Source: an uncultured beta proteobacterium (GTDB lineage Bacteria > Pseudomonadota > Gammaproteobacteria > Burkholderiales > Burkholderiaceae_C). Taken from it: a stretch of DNA of 64,000 nucleotides. Positions 19,746 through 28,321 of the stretch are shown here, piece by piece; the stretch's first letter is position 1, and each line of letters opens with the position of its first letter. Location of the stretch: NCBI GenBank assembly GCA_963850525.1, contig CAWKLQ010000011.1:173196-237195 (forward strand), in the 5' to 3' direction. The position numbers were made by a program, and so were the translations under genes. A model generated the notes under the pieces. That model was not told the DNA's origin and did no database searches. It saw nothing but the letters and a program-made list of their open reading frames with translations.

Positions 19746-19850
19746 GACGGCCGGTTCGGTCGCCATCCGGCGGCTGCGCGGCGTTCATGGCTTGCGCCGA
19801 GAAATGTGCAGGCTCATGCGGTCTCGATGCCCACAATCTTGATCCGCCGC

Positions 19851-20174
19851 TCAGGCATCGATTTCACGCTGCAGCGCGTCGATGCTGTCGAGCACGCCAC
19901 AGAACTTGTTGCCGAAATTCGAGAGCCGGTACTCAACGCGCGGCGGAATTTCCGGATACGCCTGCTTGTCCAGAATCCCGAAGCGAACCAGCTTGCTCAG
20001 GCGTTCGTTGAGGACCTTCTTCGACACGCCGTCGATCGCGTGTTCCAGCGCGCCCGGGCGGTGCACGCCGCTGCGCACCGCGCCGAGCACCGCCAGCGAC
20101 CACTTGCAGCCGACGATGTCTTCGACCATGCGGGCCACGTCGGCGGCGCGCACGCCGGGGCTCGCCTCACTCAT
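19851..20174 (-). CDS. HxlR-family winged-helix transcriptional regulator
   Basis: IVGCKWSLAVLGAVRSGVHRPGALEHAIDGVSKKVLNERLSKLVRFGILDKQAYPEIPPRVEYRLS. Divergent from the P460-family gene. Confidence 0.85.
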   Translation of the reverse strand: MSEASPGVRAADVARMVEDIVGCKWSLAVLGAVRSGVHRPGALEHAIDGVSKKVLNERLSKLVRFGILDKQAYPEIPPRVEYRLSNFGNKFCGVLDSIDALQREIDA

Positions 20175-20282
20175 CGATCGACACTCAAAAGTACCTGGGG
20201 CACCGTTTTGTACCTGCTGTTCAAGCGCGGCGCGGCGTGCTGGAATGCGCCGCCTCTCATCTTGAATTGTAGGAGTGCCACC

Positions 20283-20762
20283 ATGCACAAACTGACCACA
20301 CTTGCCGCGACCCTCGCATTCGCTGCGTCGGCCCTGGCCGCTGACACCGCCGCCGTGCCTTACCCGACCGGCTACCGCAGCTGGACCCATGTGAAGAGCA
20401 TGGTCATCCAGCCCGGTCACGCGCTGTACGACGCGTTCGGCGGCATCCACCACCTCTACGCGAACAGCAAGGCCGAAGCGGGCTACAAGAGCGGCAAATT
20501 CCCCGACGGCGCCGTCATCGTGTTCGACTTGCTGGAGGCAAAGGCTGCCGACAACACGGTGCAGGAGGGCGCACGCAAGGTGGTCGGCGTGATGACCAAG
20601 AACGCCGCGAAGTACAAGGCCACCGGTGGCTGGGGCTATGAGGGTTTCAAGGGCGACTCGACGACGGAGCGTGCCGTGGGCAATAACGCAGCGACGGCGT
20701 GTTACCAGTGCCACACCGCGCAGAAGGACAAGGACTTCGTGTTCTCCGCCTATCGCAAGTAG
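20283..20762 (+). CDS. Cytochrome P460-family periplasmic haem protein
   Basis: Signal peptide, YPTGYRSWTHV...FGGIHHLYAN...DGAVIVFDLL core, and C-terminal CYQCH haem-binding motif. AGGAG RBS. Confidence 0.7.
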   Translation: MHKLTTLAATLAFAASALAADTAAVPYPTGYRSWTHVKSMVIQPGHALYDAFGGIHHLYANSKAEAGYKSGKFPDGAVIVFDLLEAKAADNTVQEGARKVVGVMTKNAAKYKATGGWGYEGFKGDSTTERAVGNNAATACYQCHTAQKDKDFVFSAYRK

Positions 20763-20874
20763 GTTTTCCCCCAGGCGGGGGCCCGGCCGCAGCCGGGCCG
20801 CCCGACCGTAGACTGCGCTGCCAGGCTTGGCCACCCCACGCCACCGCACCGGAGCAGCGCACTTGAAATTTCAG

Positions 20875-21447
20875 ATGGCGAAGAACTCGCTCTTCGCAGT
20901 ATTGCTGCGTTCGCCGTGGTGGGTGAGCTTGGCCCTCGGCGCCGCGTTGGCGTTGGTCGCGGCGGCGTTCGTGCCGGATCCGTATCGCCCCATCGGTGTG
21001 CTGTCGGCCGTGCCGTTCATCGTGATCGCGGGAATCGCGGCGTGGCGCCAGTCGCGCCTGCCGAGTGCGGCACGGGTGCTGGCGACGCAGCAAGCGGTGA
21101 GCGTGATGGCGTGGGGCGACTTCGCGAAGCTGCTGGAGCAGGCGTTCGCGCGCGACGGCTACAGCGTGCAGCGCGGCACGCGCGACGCCGTGGACTTCGA
21201 GATCGAGCGCCAGGGCCGACGCATGATCGTCTGTGCAAGGCGCTGGAAGTCGGCGCGCACCGGCCTGGAAGTGCTGCGCGCGCTGCAAGCCGCGCGTGAA
21301 GACATCGGCGTTCCCGATGCGCTGTACATCGGCCTGGGCGAACTCACCGACACCGCGCGGCCCTTTGCGGCGCAGCACCGCATTGCGGTCTGGCGGATTG
21401 AAGAGCTGGCGCAGGCGCTGCAAGGCGCGCCGCTGCGCTCAGGCTGA
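20875..21447 (+). CDS. Membrane-anchored restriction-endonuclease-fold (Mrr_cat-like) protein
   Basis: Two N-terminal TM helices, then DFEIERQGRRMIVCARRWK, which resembles the Mrr catalytic-core pattern. Start is uncertain (TTG 20863 possible). Confidence 0.55.
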   Translation: MAKNSLFAVLLRSPWWVSLALGAALALVAAAFVPDPYRPIGVLSAVPFIVIAGIAAWRQSRLPSAARVLATQQAVSVMAWGDFAKLLEQAFARDGYSVQRGTRDAVDFEIERQGRRMIVCARRWKSARTGLEVLRALQAAREDIGVPDALYIGLGELTDTARPFAAQHRIAVWRIEELAQALQGAPLRSG

Positions 21448-22269
21448 CGCGTCGCTCCAGCACCTCAGGATGCGCTCGCGCAGCGCCGCGTCGGGCAGCG
21501 GCCCCGTGCCGGCGCGCGCGTTGTCCGCCATGTGCGCCGCCTTGCCGGTGCCGGGGATCGCGCAAGTCACCACCGGGTGGCCGATGACGTACTTGAGCAG
21601 CAGCTGCGCCCAGCTCGTGCACTCGAGTTCCGCCGCAATCGGCGGCAGCGCAACGTGCTTCACCGAGCGCAACACCGCGCCGCTGCCCAGCGGCAGGTTC
21701 ACGAGCACGGCGACGCCGCGCTCGGCGGCAAGCGGCAGCAGGCGTTGCTCGGCGGCGCGGTCGGCGACGGAGTAGTTGAGCTGGACAAAGTCGAGCGGCT
21801 CGGCGCGCAGCACGGCTTCCAGATCGGCGTAAGCGCTCGAGGTGTAGTGCGTCACGCCGAGGTAGCGGATGTGCCCGGCGGCCTTCCAGTCACGCAGCGT
21901 CGCCAAATGGATTTGCCAGTCGAGCAGGTTGTGCACCTGCATGAGGTCGATACACTGCGTTCGCAGCAGCTTCATCGACTGCTGCATCTGTTTGACACCG
22001 GCCTCGCGCCCACGCGTCCAGACTTTGGTGGCGATGAACGCGCGCGGGCGTGCCGGCGGCGCACTCAGCAGCGCGCCTGTTGTCGCCTCGGCCCGGCCAT
22101 ACATCGGCGAGCTGTCGATCACGGATCCGCCCGCGCCGAACAGTGCGTCGAGTACGCCGGGCAAGTGTGCGTGCTTGGTGTGGCCTGCCGTCACGTCGAA
22201 GCCGACGTAAGTGCCCAGGCCGATCACGGGCAGCGCTTCGCCGCTGCTGGGGATGGGGCGGGTATGCAT
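21439..22269 (-). CDS. Aldo/keto reductase
   Basis: LPVIGLGTY...IDSSPMYGRAE...HIRYLGVTHY are AKR family blocks. Confidence 0.85.
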   Translation of the reverse strand: MHTRPIPSSGEALPVIGLGTYVGFDVTAGHTKHAHLPGVLDALFGAGGSVIDSSPMYGRAEATTGALLSAPPARPRAFIATKVWTRGREAGVKQMQQSMKLLRTQCIDLMQVHNLLDWQIHLATLRDWKAAGHIRYLGVTHYTSSAYADLEAVLRAEPLDFVQLNYSVADRAAEQRLLPLAAERGVAVLVNLPLGSGAVLRSVKHVALPPIAAELECTSWAQLLLKYVIGHPVVTCAIPGTGKAAHMADNARAGTGPLPDAALRERILRCWSDASA

Positions 22270-22283
22270 GCGCGCTCGGTCCT

Positions 22284-22553
22284 TCAGCGATAGAACGCTT
22301 CGACCTTGCCCTTCAACTTGATCATCAGCGGATGGCCTTTGCGGTCCAGCGTCTTGCTCGCCGGCACCTTGACCCAACCCTCGCTGATGCAGTACTCCTC
22401 GACGTCGAAGCGTTCCTTGTCGTTCAGGCGAATCCCGATCTGATGTTCGAACACAGCGGCGACGTGGTGCGGGCTGCGTGGGTCCACGGAAAGTCGGTCC
22501 GGAAGCGGTGGGGGTAGCGGGGGCGGTGGCGGTGGCGGAGTGGTTTGGTTCAC
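22284..22553 (-). CDS. DUF3297-family protein with polyproline N-terminus
   Basis: PDRLSVDPRSP...VEEYCISEGWVKV...MIKLKGKVEAFYR matches DUF3297. The only in-frame start is GTG 22553, which gives an N-terminal TTPPPPPPPLPPPLP. Confidence 0.65.
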   Translation of the reverse strand: MNQTTPPPPPPPLPPPLPDRLSVDPRSPHHVAAVFEHQIGIRLNDKERFDVEEYCISEGWVKVPASKTLDRKGHPLMIKLKGKVEAFYR

Positions 22554-22766
22554 GGCATGGGTTCTGATCGGCTGCGCGCCCGGGGTGGTGATTCTCAGCG
22601 ATTCGGCGCGCCGTGCCCGCAACGGGGCTCGCTCACTCGGCCGTCGGCGCGCGGCATCGACCGTCGTCCGTCGCACCGCAACGTTGTTCATCGCACGGCG
22701 CTCGCGTCGCACAAGACGCGTCGCTAAGGTCACGCTTGTGCCGCGATTCGCGGTGGGAGAACGGGC

Positions 22767-23486
22767 ATGCGCGCCGCAGTGTTGATCGTTTCCGTCATCC
22801 TCAATGTGCAACCCGCCGTGCGGGCCCAGCCCCAAGGGCCGCTGGGGCAGGCCGCGCTCAGCGCCGGGCAACGGCGCGACGCTTTGCTCGACGCCATGGG
22901 CGGCGCTGCCGTGTGGCGCCAGGTGATCGGCGCGCGCATCGCGGCGATGCACTACAGCACGCAGACGCGGCTGCCCTACCGAAACGTGATCTGGAACGAC
23001 TTCCGGCGCTTTCGCCTGCACATCGAAGCGGGAAATCGCGACCTGACCCGGGTGTTCGACTACGACGGCGACGCCGGCTGGCGCGACGACGGCGTCAGCG
23101 TCACGCCCCTGCCGGCGAGTGCCGTGGCATCGGAGCGCGACTGGTGGTCGGCCAACCTGTACCGCACCCTGCAGCGTTTGGCGTTGCCCGACCCGACCCT
23201 CAGCGTGCGCCACCTCGAGCCGGACCGGCTTGCCGTGGTCGAGGAAGGCAAGGGCCTGCTCGCCTGGTTTCGCCTGAACTCGAGCGGCGAACCCCTGCAG
23301 TTCGGCACCGACGCGAACGCCCCAGGCACAACTTTCGGCCCGCTGGCCAGCCACGCCAGCGGCGCGCGCTTCCCGCGATGGGGCACGGACAGCACCGGGG
23401 CCTGGCGCTATGAAGTCCTCGACGCAGAGTTCAGCACGCGCACCTTGGTCATGCCGGCACTGCCGCAGGCTGCGGGGGCCCGCTGA
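22767..23486 (+). CDS. Exported hypothetical protein
   Basis: Signal-peptide-like N-terminus (MRAAVLIVSVILNVQPAVRA), high GC3, GGGAGA RBS. No family recognised. Confidence 0.6.
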   Translation: MRAAVLIVSVILNVQPAVRAQPQGPLGQAALSAGQRRDALLDAMGGAAVWRQVIGARIAAMHYSTQTRLPYRNVIWNDFRRFRLHIEAGNRDLTRVFDYDGDAGWRDDGVSVTPLPASAVASERDWWSANLYRTLQRLALPDPTLSVRHLEPDRLAVVEEGKGLLAWFRLNSSGEPLQFGTDANAPGTTFGPLASHASGARFPRWGTDSTGAWRYEVLDAEFSTRTLVMPALPQAAGAR

Positions 23487-23522
23487 ATGGCGCAGCGCCC
23501 CCGCGAGTGTCCCGCTGTGATC

Positions 23523-23891
23523 TCAGCCCCCTGCCCGCTTGACCACCCAGCCCTGCGCCTTGAGCAAGACCGTCACGGATTCGACGTGATCGCCCTGCAC
23601 TTCGAGCAAGCCGTCCTTCAGCGTGCCACCCGCCCCGCACGCGGCGCGCAGCCGCTTGCCCAGATCGGCCAGGCCCGTCGCGTCGAGCGGCACGCCGCGG
23701 ATCACGGTCACGGCCTTGCCGCCGCGGCCTTTCGTCTCGCGGCTGACACGCACGACGCCATCGCCCTTGCCGATGTTGCCGGGCTTGGCCTTGCAGACGC
23801 ACGCGTCCAGGGGCTGGCGGCACGTGGGGCACATGCGGCCGCCTTCGGTGGAATACACCAGGCCGCCGGGCCCGGGTTTTCGCATGGCCAT
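23523..23891 (-). CDS. yciH: Translation initiation factor SUI1/eIF1-like protein
   Basis: CPTCRQP...C.C zinc-knuckle-like N-terminus plus the SUI1 domain (VRVSRETKGRGGKAVTVIRG...GGTLKDG..EVQGDH). AAGGAGG RBS. Confidence 0.85.
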   Translation of the reverse strand: MAMRKPGPGGLVYSTEGGRMCPTCRQPLDACVCKAKPGNIGKGDGVVRVSRETKGRGGKAVTVIRGVPLDATGLADLGKRLRAACGAGGTLKDGLLEVQGDHVESVTVLLKAQGWVVKRAGG

Positions 23892-23939
23892 AACGACCTC
23901 CTTTCCCTACGCGCTCGTGCAGTTTCCTCGCTCCGATCC

Positions 23940-24989
23940 TCAGCGCGTTCGTCGCATCGCGTCAAGCAGCGCGGTCGCAAACGCCGCTGGATTCTCGATG
24001 TGCGGGATGTGGCCCACGTCGCTCAAGGTCGTGAGCAGCGCGCCGGGCATCCAGCGCTGCAATGCACGACCCTGGGCGAGCGGGGTAATGGTATCGGCCT
24101 CGCCCCAGATCAAGTCGATCGGCAAGCCGCCCGCCGCCCAGCGTTTCAGCCTTTCGGGTTCGTGGCTGAGCGCGGTTTCGCAAGAGGCCTGGGCGAAGCT
24201 CGCGGCCCAGTCGCCCAGAACTGCGCTGAATCCGGCGCGCTGGAACGGCAGCTGGTAGGCTGGCACGAGCTGCTCGGTCACGACCTCTTTGCGATGCACG
24301 AACTGGCGCAGCATCAGCGCCGTCAACCCCGGCCAAGTGGCAGTGGCGCTGACGAGCGCGGTTCGCATCGGCCGCTGCTGCAACAGCCCGCCCTCCCCAG
24401 CGTTGTCGCATGACGGCGGCTCGCCGTTCGGCCCCAGGCCCAGCGCGGGATCGACAAGCACGAGGTGGCGCAGTGGCGCCCCGCCGAGCACTGCGGCTTC
24501 CAGTGCCGGCCCGGCGCCGAAAGAGTGCCCGACCAAGGTCACCGGTACGCCGAGTTGCTCGATGAGTCTGAGCAGGCGCCTGGCCTGTGCAGCACGGGTG
24601 TAATCGACAGCGGTATCGGCACGCTGGGTCTTGCTCAAACCGAAGGGCGGCAAGTCCACCGCGACGACACGCCAGCCGCCCTCGGCCAGCGCGGCAGGCA
24701 AGGCGAACCAGGTGCCACTCCAGGCGCCCGTGCCATGCGTGAGCAGCACGGTCGGGGCGCCGGCCCGGCCCCATTCCTGGACGTACAGGTCGGCGTCACC
24801 AACCGCAATCCACCGGCCCTTGCCGGCAGCGAGCTGCTCCGCGGATCGGGTCTCGCGTTCGTTGCGTGCGTGTTGCGTGAAAGCCATCCAGGCGGCGACC
24901 GCGAGCGCCACGGCGCCGGCGGTGATCAACAGCGCCGCGACAATCCGCAAGGCGATTCGCTTGACCATTCCAAGGGTGGCGCGTGCCAT
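23940..24989 (-). CDS. Alpha/beta hydrolase with N-terminal membrane anchor
   Basis: TM segment, HGTGAWSGTW oxyanion region, and nucleophile elbow GHSFG. Starts 4 nt after the upstream gene's stop. Confidence 0.8.
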   Translation of the reverse strand: MARATLGMVKRIALRIVAALLITAGAVALAVAAWMAFTQHARNERETRSAEQLAAGKGRWIAVGDADLYVQEWGRAGAPTVLLTHGTGAWSGTWFALPAALAEGGWRVVAVDLPPFGLSKTQRADTAVDYTRAAQARRLLRLIEQLGVPVTLVGHSFGAGPALEAAVLGGAPLRHLVLVDPALGLGPNGEPPSCDNAGEGGLLQQRPMRTALVSATATWPGLTALMLRQFVHRKEVVTEQLVPAYQLPFQRAGFSAVLGDWAASFAQASCETALSHEPERLKRWAAGGLPIDLIWGEADTITPLAQGRALQRWMPGALLTTLSDVGHIPHIENPAAFATALLDAMRRTR

Positions 24990-24992
24990 CCC

Positions 24993-26051
24993 TCAGAAGT
25001 CGTAGACGTGTTCGATGCTCAACTGCCCTTTGGACTGCTGCGCGCGCCTCAGTTCAGCACCCAGGCTCTTGATGGGCGTCGCGAAGACGACGCGCCTGCG
25101 CCCCGGCTGGGTGAGGATGGGCTGCTCGAACAGCACGCGACCCGCCGGCGAGGGCGCAGTGCCAGAGGCCAGCGCGCTCACCAGCACGTCGCCGTTGTTG
25201 CCGGCAATTTCCAGAAAGTCGATGCCCTGCGCCGCGAGCCAGGCGCTGTAGTTGGTGAAGGCTTCGTAGCGTGGCAGCGTGGCAAGCACCGGCGCTCCGG
25301 CGGCGCCGGCCTGCAGGATGCGGAACTCGGCGTGCTTGCCCGGGTCGGCCACAGGGGCGCGCGAGAGCACGACCGCAGTCACCGGCTTGGGCGCGTCGTA
25401 AATCGATTGCGTGCCGAGCTTGATGAGGCGCGCGTAGCCCTCTTTCACGAGCAATTCGGTGCTGAGGGCGAAGCGCCGCTCCCAGCGGCGCACCAGGTTC
25501 GGGCCTTCCAACGGAGCGGTTTGCCACAGCTCGGTGAAGCGGCTCCAGAAGTCGAACAGGTACCACGGGTCGATGCGAATGAAATCGACATACGCGCGCG
25601 CGTACCGCGCCGCGAACTGCTCTTCCGGCACCGCGGTGGCGGTTCGCGTCGCCTCGGCCAGACGGCCGAGGGTGTGCTCGTACACGCCCTTCAGCGCGTA
25701 CTCCACGCTGGTGCTCACGCCGATCACCATCACCATGACGTGGTAGCCGGCATTGAACGGGTACTTGTCGATCTCCCGGTTCACTGCTGCGTAGGATTGC
25801 CAGAATTGCCCGATGTGGGCGAACAGTGGAAAGGCGCTGATTCGCGAGTTCGACGCCAAGTAGTCGGCGTATTCCGCGGGGCTGTGGACCAGGTACCACT
25901 CGGGGAAAGTCAGGTAGGTCTGGTCGGGCGTGCGCACATGCTCGGCGGGGGTTCGCAGCGCGGCAGCGCCGCTGCTCTGGGCCCACGCGCTCGAAGCGCT
26001 GCTTGCGATGGCAAGCGCAGCGACAAGGAAGGCAAGCGCGCGTCGCATCAT
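24993..26051 (-). CDS. Exported protein of unknown function
   Basis: MMRRALAFLVAALAIASSASSAWA signal peptide. The ATG overlaps the upstream TGA (ATGA). The 725-aa ORF extension was rejected. Confidence 0.7.
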   Translation of the reverse strand: MMRRALAFLVAALAIASSASSAWAQSSGAAALRTPAEHVRTPDQTYLTFPEWYLVHSPAEYADYLASNSRISAFPLFAHIGQFWQSYAAVNREIDKYPFNAGYHVMVMVIGVSTSVEYALKGVYEHTLGRLAEATRTATAVPEEQFAARYARAYVDFIRIDPWYLFDFWSRFTELWQTAPLEGPNLVRRWERRFALSTELLVKEGYARLIKLGTQSIYDAPKPVTAVVLSRAPVADPGKHAEFRILQAGAAGAPVLATLPRYEAFTNYSAWLAAQGIDFLEIAGNNGDVLVSALASGTAPSPAGRVLFEQPILTQPGRRRVVFATPIKSLGAELRRAQQSKGQLSIEHVYDF

Positions 26052-28321
26052 TGCCCCGCTGGCGCGGTCGACGCGACGAGCGGCGTGGCCGCGTCGCGCC
26101 GCACGAAACAGAACAGCGTGTTGTCCGTCGGGTCGTTTTGCTGGAGCACGCGCTCGCCGCTGTCGTCGAAGCCCGCCGCACCCAGCCGCTCGACCCAGGT
26201 TTGCGCCGACTCGAAGTAGCGCCGCTCCACCAGATTCGTCTCCCAGGTCTCGCCCAAGCCGGCGTTGAACACGGTGTGGGCGAGCGACACGAGGGCACGC
26301 AAGTCGTCGGTTCGCACGTCGTGGTCGCGCACGATAAACGCGCCACCGGGGCGCAGCACGCGGTGCACCGAGCGCAAAAAGGGCTCGAGTTGCTGCAGGG
26401 TCATGTGGTGCAGGCCGATATAACAGGTGACGAGGTCCAGGCTCGCGTCGGCCACGTCCGCAGGGGCCAGCGGCAGGTAGTCGCCCAGCGCGACGAAGCG
26501 CCCCAGGCGGCCCAGCTGGCCACGCTCCATCACGTCCACCGGCGAAAAGGTCTGCGGTTTTTCGTCGATGAAGTAGGTCGGCCCGCGCAGCTCGAGCGCT
26601 GCAGCGAGGCCGCGGTAGTAGCGCCCCTTCGAGCCGATTTCGGCGTAGCCGTCGAAGCGGGTGCGGCCCCCCAGCACACGCAAGGTCTGCTGTGTCATCT
26701 CGCCCTTCTGCTTGAAGAGCGACGGCAACGCATACGTCAGGTCCGCCAAGGCCGGCTTGATGTTCTTGAGCTCGCGCTGGATGTGGCGATACAGGCTCTC
26801 CTCGTCGCGATGCAGTGTGCAGGCCTGGCTGATGAGGTGATGAAACCGGTCTTCCGGCACGGTGCGGAACACGCTTTGCAGGAAGCGGTAGAACGCGTCG
26901 GACAGGCGCACGTTCTCGAACACCTGGTGGAATTCGGTGGCCGCAGCCTGGCGTACCGGTGCTGCGGCGCGGTCGAGCCAGGCACGGTAGTACTTGTTCC
27001 ACAACACGTTCGTGAAGCGGAAGTTCGGGTCGACGCGCGCCTTCAGTGTAAAGAATTCTTCGGCCTTCGGGTAGGCGCGGTGGAACTGCTCGGTCGTACC
27101 GTGCGGCTGGTACGGCAGGTAGTAGGTGCCGCCGACGCTGAGCACCGCATCGATGAGCTCGCGCGTCCACACCCCGACTCGGCTCTTCGCGTTCTCGCGC
27201 GTACGCTGCTTGTGGTACAGCACGAAGGCGAAAGTTTCGGTGGGCGCCCAGTTCAGCAGCGTGTTCGGGTCGGGCATCGCGTGGCGGATCGAAATGTTCA
27301 GCGCATTGACGACGTGGCGCCGCAACACCTCGGCCATCTTCGGCACGAAGTCCAGCAGCCGTTCGACAGGAACAAAATATTCCTGCAGCACATAGGTGCG
27401 TTGCTCGCGCGACGGCGGCTCGAGCTCGGCGACGTCATAGCCCGCCTCAAAATTGCGCCAGTGCACGCATTTGCGCAAATACAGCAGCGGGTCGATGAGG
27501 CCTTCGCGGCGCTCCTTGCCGAGCGGCGTTTCCGAGATCGACCAGATGAAGTACTGGTGCAGCGGGTAGGCCTTGCGCTGCGGCTGCAGGTGCTCAACCG
27601 TGGTCGCGGGCTCTTCGGTCTCTTCCCACGTGACGGCGCGCACCGTGCCGTAGTGCGGCGCGTACAGGTCGGCGTTGTGGAACACGGCTTTCGGGTGGCC
27701 ACGCACCGTGTCCTTGAAGTAAGACCAGTAGTCGGCGAGTGGCATGACGCGGTGAATTCGCTTGACGCGTTTGTTTTCGGCCAGGTCCAGCTCGACTTCG
27801 ACCACGACACCGAACGCGCCGTAGCCGCCGATCGCGGCGCAGAAGAGCTCCGGCCGTTCGCTGCGGCTGGCCAAGACGAGTTCGCCGTCGTGCAGCACGA
27901 GCTTGATGCGGCGCACCGACAGCACGAGCGGCCCCAGGCCCACGTAGCGGCCGTGGCAATTCACGCTGAGCGCTCCGCCGACCGTGAAGTTGGCGTAGGT
28001 CTGCATGATCTTCACCGCCAGGCCGTGCGGATCGACGAAGCGTTGGATGTCGCACCAGCGCACGCCGGCCTGCACGACGATGGTCTTGTCGCCCGGCGAG
28101 AACGAGACGATGCGGTTCATCGAGCGCATGTCGAAATGCAGGCTGCCCGGGCTTGCCGTCTGGCCGCCCATGCTGAAGCGGCCGCCGCCTATCGACACCG
28201 CGCCGCTGGTGCGGCGCAGCGCCTCCTGAACGTCCTCGATGCTGCTCGGCGCAACGATCGCCATCACACGCACCGGGTTCAACTGGGTCACGTCGTTGAC
28301 GACGTGGTGGTCGGTGTTCAT
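26048..28321 (-). CDS. Fusion protein: N-terminal FAD-binding (PCMH/FAD_binding_4) oxidoreductase plus C-terminal class I SAM-methyltransferase-like domain
   Basis: The N-terminal ~450 aa has the FAD_binding_4 pattern (SIGGGRFSMGGQ, GGYGAFGVV). The C-terminal ~200 aa has LDLVTCYIGLHH and VLRPGGAFIVRDHD methyltransferase blocks. Single uninterrupted 757-aa frame. Confidence 0.75.
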   Translation of the reverse strand: MNTDHHVVNDVTQLNPVRVMAIVAPSSIEDVQEALRRTSGAVSIGGGRFSMGGQTASPGSLHFDMRSMNRIVSFSPGDKTIVVQAGVRWCDIQRFVDPHGLAVKIMQTYANFTVGGALSVNCHGRYVGLGPLVLSVRRIKLVLHDGELVLASRSERPELFCAAIGGYGAFGVVVEVELDLAENKRVKRIHRVMPLADYWSYFKDTVRGHPKAVFHNADLYAPHYGTVRAVTWEETEEPATTVEHLQPQRKAYPLHQYFIWSISETPLGKERREGLIDPLLYLRKCVHWRNFEAGYDVAELEPPSREQRTYVLQEYFVPVERLLDFVPKMAEVLRRHVVNALNISIRHAMPDPNTLLNWAPTETFAFVLYHKQRTRENAKSRVGVWTRELIDAVLSVGGTYYLPYQPHGTTEQFHRAYPKAEEFFTLKARVDPNFRFTNVLWNKYYRAWLDRAAAPVRQAAATEFHQVFENVRLSDAFYRFLQSVFRTVPEDRFHHLISQACTLHRDEESLYRHIQRELKNIKPALADLTYALPSLFKQKGEMTQQTLRVLGGRTRFDGYAEIGSKGRYYRGLAAALELRGPTYFIDEKPQTFSPVDVMERGQLGRLGRFVALGDYLPLAPADVADASLDLVTCYIGLHHMTLQQLEPFLRSVHRVLRPGGAFIVRDHDVRTDDLRALVSLAHTVFNAGLGETWETNLVERRYFESAQTWVERLGAAGFDDSGERVLQQNDPTDNTLFCFVRRDAATPLVASTAPAGQ

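Noticed and set aside
20781-20798. Hairpin GCCCGGC-CGCA-GCCGGGC after the P460-family gene; also the 13-bp palindrome GCCGCAATGCGGC at 28811-28823
   Set aside because: These are short GC stems without U-tracts, and such stems are frequent by chance in DNA this GC-rich. They are not reported as terminators.
26052-27170. N-terminal 373-codon extension of the 725-aa ORF 24993-27170
   Set aside because: The extension is out of frame with, and overlaps, the well-supported FAD-oxidase fusion gene. The real gene starts at the signal peptide MMRRALAF (26051), which is coupled to the upstream stop.
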